A stretch of 64,000 nt of DNA from Hypanus sabinus (lineage: Eukaryota): the NCBI RefSeq assembly GCF_030144855.1, contig NC_082731.1:27652001-27716000 (forward strand), written 5' to 3'. Under the pieces are notes generated by a model, which was not told where the DNA came from, made no database searches, and worked only from the letters and a program-made list of their open reading frames with translations. Of this stretch, positions 11,570 through 22,801 are shown one piece after another (position 1 is the stretch's first letter; each line of letters starts with the position of its first letter). A program made the position numbers and the translations under genes.

Positions 11570-12036
11570 CTAATTGGTAACCTGTCCAAATGACTGTCAC
11601 CCAGTGGCACTTACATCCACATTGATGAAGTGCTTTCAGAGGGTGGAAGCATATTGGCTCCTGTCTGGTGACTTGGATCTGCTTCAATTCACCCACTGTC
11701 ACAACAGGTCTACAGCAGATGCTGTCTTGTTGGCTCTTCACACAACCCTGGAACATCTGGACAGCACAGTTGCATTCATCAGGATGCTCTTTATCAATTA
11801 CAGCTTGGCATTTAATACCATCATCCCCTCAAAAGAAATCAGTAGACCTGGGTCTCAGTTGCGCAATTGTGCAATTTGATCCTTGATTTCCTCGCTTCTA
11901 GACCCTACTCAGTTCAGATTGGCAAAAATATCTCCTCCACAATCTCCGTCAGCACAGAAGCACCATAGGGATGTGCTATTGGCCCCCTTCTCGACTCATT
12001 TTGCTCCTGTGTCTGGCTATCTATAACTCCAACACC
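11570..12036 (+). mobile_element. Rex1/Babar-type LINE RT fragment
   Basis: PVALTSTLMKCF...DLLQFTHCHNRSTADAVLLALHTTLEHLD...RMLFINYSLAFNTIIPS is typical of this clade. Confidence 0.8.
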
Positions 12037-12046
12037 GAACCAGGTT

Positions 12047-12446
12047 TGGTGATCATGTCTTTACCTCTGTTGCTGGCTGGACCCAGAGTCCTCACCCCAT
12101 CTTTCCTCTTCCTTCCGTCCACCTGCTAGGTTACACTGAATCCTTGTAAATCACTGTGAACCACCTCACACAGAATGGTCGCTGTCCTCTTTGTCCAGAT
12201 CTCTTCGAAGGAAGGTTTGCTTAAAGTGACTGAGGGGGGGGTATCTGAACAGTCATCTGGGAGAAACGTTACCATTATTATTTCACCATTCCCCAATGGA
12301 TGAGTTTGTCACTGACAAGACCAGCATTTCAGTTCAGCTCTGGTCAATGATTTGCCAGTCCCATCAAGATGAGATGAGATGAGGTAAATTCTCTGAGGGA
12401 ACATAAATGAACACGATTGGTCCTTAAATTATTTTTGCAGTTTCAT
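12047..12446 (-). pseudogene. IgW: Truncated duplicate of IgW CH5 exon (12047-12256) with upstream intron
   Basis: Highly similar to about 4400-4835. Reads DDCSDTPPSVTLSKPSFEEIWTKRTATILCEVVHSDLQGFSVT*QVDGRKRKDGVRTLGPASNRGKDMIT, then breaks off; acceptor tttctcccag is intact. Confidence 0.9.
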
Positions 12447-13290
12447 GATGGGCATTACCTTTTTGAGGCTTCAGTTCTTGAAGAAGTCCTGGATACTACA
12501 GACACTTGTGTTCATTATGGAGATGTCTAAGTTTACAACTCACTGCAACTTACTTCAGTTTTTTGTAGTACCCCCACTGATACCAGACGGTGATGCACCC
12601 AGTGAGAATGATCTCCAGGTACATCTGTAGAAATTTACGTGTTTTTCATGACTTACCAAATCTCCTCAAACTCCTAATGAAATATAGCAGCTGTCATGCC
12701 TTCTTTGTAGGTGCATCAATATGTTGAGTCCAGGTTAGATCCTCAGAGATATTGACACACAGAAACTTGAAATTACTCACTCTTTCCACTTCTGATAACT
12801 CTATGAGAACTGTTGTGTGCTCCCTCACCCTTTCTGAGGTCCATAATCAGTTCTTTGGACTTACTGACAGTGGCTGCAAGGTTGTTGCTGCAACACCACT
12901 CAACTAACTGATATATTTCACTCCTGCATGCCCTCTCGTCACCATCTGACATTCTGACAACATTGGCTGTATCATCAGTAAATTTATAGATGGCACCTGA
13001 CCTGTGTCTAGCCACACAGTCATGGGTGTAGAGACAGTAGAGCAGTGGGCTAAGGACACACCCCTGAGGTGTGCCAGTTGATTGTCAGTGAGATGGAGAT
13101 GCTGTTTCCAGGGTGTCCAGTAGCAGGGGTAGATACAGAGGCCCAGGCTCTGAAGCTTTTTGATCAGAACTGTAGGAATAGTTGTGTTAAATGCTAAGCT
13201 GTAGCCAATAGACAACACCCTTTTACAGGTATTTGTATTTGTATAGTCCAGGTGATCGAAGGCTGTGTGAGGAGCCAATGAGATCACCTA
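12447..13290 (-). mobile_element. Rex1/Babar-type LINE RT 3' fragment
   Basis: YSLAFNTTIPTVLIKKLQSLGL, IYKFTDDTANV, EIYQLVEWCCSNNLAATVSKSKELIMDLRK. Confidence 0.8.
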
Positions 13291-13744
13291 GGGCTAAGTG
13301 AATCTGAGATTTTTGAGGGAAATGGGTAATCAACATTTTGCGTGAAGGCTCTTCACCTTAACTGAAAGAGCAGAACAGTGATCACCAGTATAAAGACGTG
13401 ATAGAGTGCGCTGGGATGAGAGCCAGTTATCTTTGTATCTCCTTTAGTGAAGTGAGATCCCAGATGTCTGCAAAATTGCTAATGTTTTTCTTTGTATATG
13501 GGCAACATGTTTCTCTGGATTACTTAACTGTCCTCTCTATTACCATTGTAAAGTCAGAGCTATATTTCCTCAAAAAATTCTATTCACAGCAAATTATAGG
13601 TCATGAGCTTCCCATCAAATGTAGGGAAATGATGGGAGAAGATTCCCAGAGACAGGATTCACTCACATTTGGTGAGGTATGGACAGATGAGGAACCGTCA
13701 GCCTGGCTTTGTGTATCGGAATTCCTGCCTTTAAAACAACTGTG

Positions 13745-14218
13745 ATTTTTTGGGAAGTGATGAAGCTGATTGATGATGACTGGGAAATGGATGTTGTCTA
13801 TATGGGCTTTAGGTATGTGAATAGCAAAAAAAAAGTTAAGTCTCGGACTGATCCTTCTACTGCTATCCAAATGTGTCATAATTTCCTCTTTTATAATTGA
13901 CTCCAGCATCTTTCCCACCACTGATCTCAGGCCAACCAGTCTATAATTCCCTGTTTTCTCTCTCCCTCCTTTCTTGAAAAGTGGGAGAACATTAGCCACC
14001 CTCCAGTCAGCAGGAACTGTTCCTGAATCTATGGAACATTGGAAAATGATTATCAATGCATCCACGATTTCTAGAGCCACCTCTTTAAGTACCCTGGGAT
14101 GCAGACCATCAGGTCCCGGGACCTTATCAGCCTTCAGACTCAACAGTCTAACCAACAACGTTTCTTGCCTAATATCAATTTCCTTCAGTTCATCCTTTAC
14201 CCTATTTCCTTTGACCAC
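13745..14218 (-). mobile_element. CR1 LINE RT fragment
   Basis: KADKVPGPDGLHPRVLKEVALEIVDAL...PADWRVANVLPLFKKGGREKTGNYR. Confidence 0.9.
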
Positions 14219-14224
14219 TATTCA

Positions 14225-17200
14225 TTTCCAAGTTTTCAGGGATCCATTTTTGAAAAAAACTTTAGAGCCTTAAGATCAAGCCCTCAAGCTGATCAAAATC
14301 CGCGATCAATTTTGGTAAAATGCTTAAGATACCAAGATAAAGAAAAGATCTTAAAGGCGGCTGCCCAATGTGCCAGAAAGAGAAAAGGGCCATTGATGAT
14401 AGAAGGGAAAGCAGTTCTTTTCTATCCTGATATAAGTTATAATCTTTTGAAGAGAAAGAAGGAATTTAACCCAGTGAAAAAAGCTTTATGGGAAAAGGGT
14501 TATAAATTCATAATCCATCACCCAGCAACACTGATAATTTTTTTGGAGGATGGAAAAAGATTTTTTACCAATTATCAAGAAGCGGAGGAGTTCGCACAAA
14601 AACTCCCAAGTAGTCGCTAACTACACATAGAGATTTCCAAGCATAATTAAAGATGAAGACAAAGACAGTGAATGGAATTGATGGACATTTAAGGATGATA
14701 CAGGGGGAGAAAGGCAAAATTTGAGAAATATTAATTGCGAGTAGTATTTTTTTTTCTCATATATTATACTTTTTTATGTCGCTGGGGAGCTGGGGAGCTT
14801 TGGATCGATTGCTACGGGATTCACGTGTGTAATCATGGCGATTGCCATGACCTGTACAACAGAATGGGGTAATGTTGTGTTCTTTTTTATCCACAACATT
14901 AGTAGGGGGGTATTTTGTTTTTTTCTTATAACCTATTTTTCTTCTATCTTTCTTTTTTTGTCTGGATGATCGGTGGGGACACACATAGCAACATGGAGAA
15001 TTTTAAAAAGATTCCCCAAGGTACCACGAAAGTTGAAAGATTAGGTATTATTATAGATTGGAGTAACCCAATTAAAAATAATGAGTAATTTACTAAATTT
15101 TTGAAGTTTTATTGGTAATGTGTTTAATGGACCGGTGAAAAGAAAAAGAATCTTAACACACATTAAAGAAATGAAAATAAATATAGCTTTTTTTTTACAA
15201 GAAACACACTTAATAGAGAAAGAACATCAGAAATTAAAAAGAGATTGAGTTGTAAATGTTATTGCAGCTTCATTTAACTCAAAAGCAAGAGGAGTTGCAA
15301 TTTTGGATAAGAAAAAAATACTAATTAAAATACAAATCAATTTAATTGATTCGGCAGGGAAATATGTAATTTTACATTGTCAATTTTTTTCAGAACTATG
15401 GACTCTTATGAATATTTATGCACCAAATGAAAATGATGTAAAATTTATACAAGAAGTCTTTTTGAGTTTGGCTAACGCACATGACAAAATACTAATAGGT
15501 GGCGATTTTAACTTTTGTCTAGATCCAGTTTTAGATAGATCAACAAAGGTTGTCACAAAATCAAAATTAACTTTATCATTGATGAAAGATTTAAATTTGA
15601 TTGATATATGGAGAAGAATTAACCCAAAAGTAAGAGATTATTCATTTTATTCAAAAAGACATAAAACTTATTCAAGCATAGATTTTTTCCTATTAACAAC
15701 GAATATTCAAGACATGGAATATAAAGCAAGAATATTGTCAGATCATTCTCCTTTGATAATGACAATGATAATGATAGATAAAGAGGAATCAATTTATAGA
15801 TGGAGATTTAATTCAATATTACTAAAACGTTAACATTTTTGTGATTTTATGAAAAAGCAGATCCCGTTTTATTTTAGATAGAAATTGACATTCAGTTGGA
15901 TAAATTTATATTGTGGGAAGCAATGAAGGTATATTTGAGAGGTCAGATAATAAGTTATACTTCTAAAATTAAGGAATATATGATAGAAATAGATCAATTG
16001 GAAAAAGAGATTACAAAATTGGAAAAAGAATCTCAAAGATATAAGACAGAAGAAAAATGAAGACAACTTGTTAACAAGAAGTTACAATATAATACACTTC
16101 AGACATATCGAACAGAAAAAGCAATTATGATAACTAAACAGAGATATTATGAACTAGGTGAAAGATCACATAAGGTTCTTGCTTGGCAGTTAAAAACAGA
16201 CCAGACTTCTAAAACGATAAATGCAATTTGAAAAAGAGTAAATATAATTGCTTATAAACCTTCAGAAATTAATGAAACCTTTAAGAACTGTTATTCTGAA
16301 CTGTATAAATCAGAATCACAAAATGATAATATCAAGATAGAAAGGTTTTTATCACAAATAACTCTTCCAAAATTGAATTCGGAAGAACAGAAGGGATTAG
16401 ATGTGCCTTTTACATTAAAAGAGGTCGAAGAAGCTCTAGGACCATTTCAAAGTAATAAATCCCCAGGAGAAGATGGTTTTCCGCCTGACATAAAAAGTTT
16501 AAAGATTCATTAATTCCTCCTTTTATGGAGTTAATACACCAAGTGGAAAGAATGCATAAACTTCCAGAATCTTTTTCGACAGCTATTTTAATAGTATTGC
16601 CAAAAAAAGATAGAGATCTTTTAAAGCCAACATCATATAGACCTATTTCTTTGTTAAACACTGACTATAAAATAATAGCAAAAATCTTATCTAACAGATT
16701 ATCTAAATACTTACGAAATTTAATACATATGGATCGAACAGGATTTATTAAAAATAGACAATCGGCAGATAATGTAACTCGTTTATTTAGCATAATTCAT
16801 TTGGCTCAAAAGAGGGAGGAAATGAGTGTGGCAGTTGATTTAGATGCAGGAAAAGCATTTGATAGATTGGAATAGGATTTTTTATTTAAGGTATTGGAAA
16901 AATATGGATTAGGAGTATCCTTTATAAAATGGATTAAAACCTTAAATACTAATCCCAAAGCTAAAGTAGTGACAAATGGTCAAATTTCAACACCATTTCA
17001 GTTAACGAGGTCAACTAGACAAGGTTGTCCAATGTCCACTGTTTTATTTGTGTTGGCGATAGTCCCATTAGCTGAATTAATTAGAATGGACCCAGATATT
17101 AAGGGTTTCAGAATTAACCAGGAGGAATACAAGATTAACTTATTTGCTGATGATGTTCTCCTTTATTTAACAAACCCATTGTACTCGTTGCATAAATTAT

Positions 17201-19070
17201 CCTCTGGATTAGAAGAATATGGGAAAATATCAGGCTACACAATAAATTGGGATAAAAGTGAAAATTTACCTCTTACTAAAGGAGATTATAGTTAATATCG
17301 AATAATAACTATTTATATGGCCGATAAACGGTATAAAATATTTAGGTATAAGAGTTAATAATGATATAAAGAATTTATATAAATTAAATTATTTAACATT
17401 ATTGAAAAAAAATCAAGAAGATCTTGATAAATCGATGACGTTACCAATAACATTAGTAGGCAGAGTAAATGCTGTAAAAATTAATATATTTTATAAAAGA
17501 TTACAATATTTTTTCAAACACTACCAATACAATTACCGCAGTGGTTTTTTCAAGAGTTAATAAATGTGTGAGGAAGTTCCTTTGGAAAGGTAAGATGTCA
17601 AGAATATCGTTGGAAAAATTGACATGGAAATTTGACCTAGGAGGGTTACAACTTCCAAACTTTAAGAGTTATTATAAAGTAAATCAACTTAGATTTATTG
17701 CATCTTTTTTGATAAAGATAAACTGGCATGGATTAGAATAGAATTAGATAAAATAGGAGAAAATACACCAGAAGATTTTATATATAAATGGGAACCTAAA
17801 TGGATACGGGAAAAGAAAGAATATGCTATATTAAAACATTTGATTGATTTATGGAATAAGATAAATGTTGATGATGAGATAAAGAAATCTTTATTAGCAA
17901 AGAGATCATTAATTCAAAATAGACTTATTCCTTTTAAAATGGATAATTAACTTTTATATAATTGGATTCGAAAAGGGATCAGATATATAGGAGATTGTTT
18001 TGAAGGAGGTATATTAATGTCATTTGATCAATTAAAGAATAAATATAAATATCAAACAACACTCTTTTTTGTTACTTCCAATTAAGGGTTTATTTAAGAG
18101 AAAAATTGGGTCAAACAATGTTATTGCCGAAATCTAATGAAATAGAAACCTTAATTCAAAAAAGAAAAACTAGAAAAAAAAATTCTTGTATGTATAGTTT
18201 GATTCAAAAACAGGCAACTAAACAAGGAATCCATAAGTCAAGACAAAAATGGGAAATTGACTTGAATATTAAAATTGAAGAAACAAATTGGTCAAGACTA
18301 TGTCTTGATAGTATGACAAATACAATAAATGTCCGGTTAAGATTAGTGCAATATAAGTTTTTACATCAATTATATATTACACCACAAAAAATAAATAAAT
18401 TAAACCCAAATTTATCTGATCAGTGTTTCCAATGTAACCAAAAAAATTGGTACTTTTTTACATTCTACTTGGTCTCCTAAAATTCAACCTTTTTGGACAA
18501 ATTTAAGAGTTTTACTGGAACAAATTATTGGAACACATAACTTCCACATAACACAATATTATTTTTATTAGGAGATATTGAAGGGATAAAACCGAAACCC
18601 AAATTGAATAAATATCAGAAAGAATTTATAAATATTGCACGGCAGTAGCCAAAAAGGCTATTGCAGTTATTTGGAAATCGGATTCATACTTACATGTCGT
18701 TGGAAGAATCAAATTTCCAGCTGTATTCCACTTGAAAAATTACTTATAATTTAAGAGATAAACATGAAACATTTTTGAAAATTTGACGTCCTTATTTACA
18801 AAAGACAGGATTAAATATATAGGTTCTCTGAAGATAAAATAATTGGTTATTTGGGGAAAGAAATAAATATATATACCAAAGTTATTATGAACTCCGTAGA
18901 ACATATGGGGATCTTCCGATATCCAAGCATTCTTTTTTTCTTTCTTTTTTCTTCTTTTTCTTTTCTTCTACAGGGATGTTAAGGGGGAGGGGTTAAGGGT
19001 GCGGAAGGGTAGATAATTTTTTTATTCTTTCTGTAATCATTTGAAAACTCAATAAAAAATTTAGAAAAAA
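14225..19070 (+). mobile_element. 5'-truncated, degenerate L1 LINE (ORF1 3' half, whole ORF2, 3' UTR)
   Basis: ORF1 RALRSSPQADQNPRSILVKCLRYQDKEKIL. ORF2 from ATG 15081 with APE motifs (FLQETHL, NIYAPN, GGDFN, SDHSP), RT (RQGCPMS, LFADDVLLY) and C-terminal CFQC; ends aataaa plus A-rich tail. Many stops and frameshifts. Confidence 0.92.
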
Positions 19071-20648
19071 ACAATACTTCAACTGTGAGCTCATCAACAA
19101 CTAACATAACTGCCACATAATCACCCCACTGTTGAACTCCATGCCCTGACTGGTGAAGGCCAGTATGCTAAACGCGTTCTTCACCACCCTGTCATCTCCT
19201 CACCATCTCCATCAGCACAGGTGCACCACAAGGCTGTGTGCTTAGCCCCTTGCTCTACTCGCTTTATTTTGAGCAAAACTTCAATGCCATATTTAAAGTT
19301 TGTTGATGACTCCACTGTTGTAGATTGAATCAAGAGTGGTGATAAATCAACATATGGGGAGAGACTGAAAATCTGGCTGAGACGTGCAACAACAACAACT
19401 CGTCACTCCATGTCAACAACATCAAGGAGAGGATTTGACTTAAGGAGGAGGAAATCAGAAGTCCAATAGTCCTCATTAGGGGATCATAGGTGGAGAAGTT
19501 CAGCAACTTCAAATTACTCAGTGTAAATGTCATTATGAAGAAAGCATGACAGCATCTCTACTTTCTTACCAGTTTGCAAAGATTGGTCATTTCATTGAAA
19601 ATATTGACAAATTTTTATAGATGTGTGGCAGAAAGTATAGTGATTGGTTGCATCATGGCCCGGATTGGAAACACCAATCCCCTTGAATGGAAGTCACTGT
19701 CCATTATAGATAAAGACCTCCCTAACATTGAGCACATATACAAGGACTGCTGTCGCACGAAAGCAGGCTCCATCACTGATGACCCACACCATCCAGACAA
19801 TGCCCTCGTCTCAGAAAAGAGGTGCAGGAACCTCAGGATCCACACCGCCAGGTTCAGGAATAGTTATTAACACTCAACCATCAGACTCTTGAATCAGAGG
19901 GGATATCTTCACTTAACTTCTCTTGCCCCATCACTAAACCATTCCCCAAACTTTGGACTGACTTTCCATGACTCTTATGTTATCAATATTTATTGCTTAT
20001 TTATTATATTTTTATTTATTATTTTTTTTCCTTTCAGTATTTGCACATTTAGTGTCTTTTGCAAATTGTTTGTTCTTCTGTCCTGTTGGATGCAGTCTTT
20101 CATGGATTCTGCTTTGATTCTTGATATTACAGTGATTACCTGCAAGAAAACTGAATTTCTGATTGTTAGTTGTGACGTGTCTGTACTTTGATAATAAATT
20201 TACTTTGAACTTCTGTGGCTGATTTCAGTGAACTGTGTACTTGGACTTGCAGGTCCCTCTATTCTACAACATTCAGTGTCCTTTATAAGTCCTTCCCTGT
20301 TTGACTGTCAAAAAATGCTTCACATCACTTTGATCTAATTTGCAATTCCTTAGCCGTTCTCTCTAACAAATCAAGACATTTTTGCATATCAAAGTATCCT
20401 GCTTCACTATTAACAAGACTCGCTGATTTAGTATCATCAGCAAACTTGAATTGTGCCTTGTATATTCACATTCCAAATAATTTACACAAATCATTAATAC
20501 TGAGTTCACAACACTGACTAGTCACTGTCCTCCAGTCAGAGAATCGATCTTCAACCACCACCCTCTGCTTCCTCTCACTATTAAATACACAGGCGATCAT
20601 GATAGTCTTTCAAAAGACAGTCTCCCCATAGTCAACCGTTTACTGTTA
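19071..20648 (+). repeat. Segmental duplication copy A (paralog of 48295-49828)
   Basis: Same chimeric CR1/Rex-Babar/CR1 fragment mosaic with shared junctions; roughly 85-90% identity by eye. Confidence 0.85.
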
Positions 20649-21485
20649 ACACACACAAAATGCTGGTGGAACACAGCAGGTCAGGCAACATCTATAAGGA
20701 GAAGCACTGTCAATGCTTAGGGCCAAGAAGGGGCCGAACCTTTTCCAGGTTATTGCTCCTGCCGTTCCAGCTGAATGTCCCCAGATTTCTGTTTCCCGGT
20801 CAAACAATTTTTCCCCACTGTCAAGTAGTTTTTTTTCCACTGTCAACCAGTTTTTCACTGTCAAGTCAGAGTTCTTGTTCTTTTTTTTTGAACATGTGCA
20901 GCTTCCCGACTTGAAAGGGATCGAATGCACCTACCCAGAGGATTTTTAACCGGATTCCACTCAATGACCAAACACTGTTTCCTTTTCTTCCGTTATTTGT
21001 CGCAAGTGCGGCAGTTTGATAGTTCAATTAGTCAGTAGTCATAAGTCGTAAATTATCAGTCATAAGTCTAGTCACAAGGTTAAGGATAAGATTAAGGTAT
21101 AAGCATTAGGTTGAGGTGAAAAACTGGCTGCCTCTCCGACTTTGTAGACAAATTCGGACCTGCACCTCCGTTTCTCTAATGGACCTTTATGGTTCAAACC
21201 GGGCGAACCGTCTCGAACGTTCGTGAGCTCTTCTTAAGCTTTGCGCCGTTTCTGGGAAGTGCTTGTGCGCAATAATCCCCATGGCGGAGTTGACCCAAAC
21301 GCAATGACAGCAGTGCTCTTTGCCAAGAAACGGTCTCAAGTTATTACAGTTCGGCATCTTACCGGGGATTTCAACACTGCGGGGTCCGTCCAAAATGTTC
21401 CCGGCAGAAGCAGCCCCAGACAGTAGGTTCTGTCTGGTCTATCAGTAAATTCTTGCTATTACTTTTAATTTGTATTTTATTTTGC

Positions 21486-21945
21486 CTCTAGGTCCCAGTA
21501 CTTCCTAGAAACTCAAGTTTGACTTTACAGCCACCCACCCGTCCCCTTCAGCATTCCCCATTCACATTTCCCTCTCTCACCTTATCTCCTTCCCCGCCCA
21601 TCAATTCCTTCTGGGGTTCCTTCCCCTTCCCTTTCTTACATGGTCTTCTGTCCTCTCCTATCAGTTTCCCCATTCTCTAGTCCTTTACCTCTTTCACCAA
21701 GCTCTTTAATTCCCCCTCTCCCGGTTTTACCCAATGCCTACTACCTTGTACTTCATCCTCTCCTCACCCCCTCGCTTTCTTACTGACTTCTAATCTCCTT
21801 TCTTCAGTCCTGATGAAGGGTTTCAGCCCGAAATGTATACTGTTTACTCTTTTCCGTAGATGTTGCCTGCCTTGATGAGTTCCTCCAGCATTTTGTGTGT
21901 AATCCTTTGATTTCCAGCATCTGCAGATTTTCTCCTGTTTGTGAT
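21486..21945 (+). mobile_element. Penelope 3'/pLTR fragment with degenerate hammerhead (21805-21842)
   Basis: Pyrimidine-rich tail; cagtc-CTGATGA-agggtttcagccc-GAAA-tgta-tactg; ccagcattttgtgtg...ttccagcatctgcag end. Confidence 0.75.
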
Positions 21946-22801
21946 TGAATGACACTATATATGGCTCTCTCAAGTCAACTGTCATGGATGAAACCAGATG
22001 TTGCCAAAATCGTAAAGCTAACAAAACCAAATTGGAGAGAAACTGCTGTTTCCTACAGTGAACTGGAACAAACTGCTAAACGAGTGAAATGGGATATCGA
22101 CGTCTGAATAAGATCGATACAGAATGGTCAATGGTCTCCACCTGCTAACCAATGGAGCAAGTGGAATTGGATATGCAAATTATGTGGCAGAAGAGGACAG
22201 TGGGCAAGATCTTGCTAGCATAAGAAATCAGCTTCACCACAAAGACAACAACCTCAAGAGCAATGTCACCTCTCGATATTGGAGTGGCTGTTATGTCATG
22301 TTACGTCAAATAGTTTAGTTGATTATTGTACAAATCTAACACAAGCTACACAGTCTGCTTCTCAACAGGTTTCAGTTGGTTGTCCTGGTGCATCGGAATG
22401 AGGACACACCTTGATTCCTGGCGAGTGGGTCCTGGTCAAGGAACGGCAAGTGGAACCCCAGGCAGCTCGATGGGAGGGTCCTTACCAAGTATTGTTAATG
22501 ACCAATTCAGCAGTTAACGTAGAAGGTGAAAGTAACTGGATACACGCCAGCCACTGCAAACGAGCGGAAATGACTCCAGAATAAAACAAATACTGTGGGA
22601 AGACTTCAAGAACAAATATAATTATTGGACATTTTCATTGGACATTATAATCATAATCTACATATTTTTGTGTTTGTTTAAAAGTGATTACTCTGAATTC
22701 TCAGATATGATTGGGCTAGGGTGCTTAAGGAACTAAATGTGGGAACTGTTGAAAACCACCATATTTTAATAATATTTTTATAAGTTCTGTACTTTTCAAC
22801 A
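21946..22801 (+). mobile_element. Internally deleted class I (gamma/epsilon-like) endogenous retrovirus remnant
   Basis: One frame carries a Gag capsid end (PDVAKIVKLTKPNWRE), a zinc knuckle CKLCGRRGQWARSC (22174-22215) and an integrase C-terminus PGEWVLVK...RWEGPYQVLL...WIHASHCK* (stop 22582-22584). A purine tract and a TGTTGAAAA...TTTTCAACA remnant follow. Confidence 0.8.
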
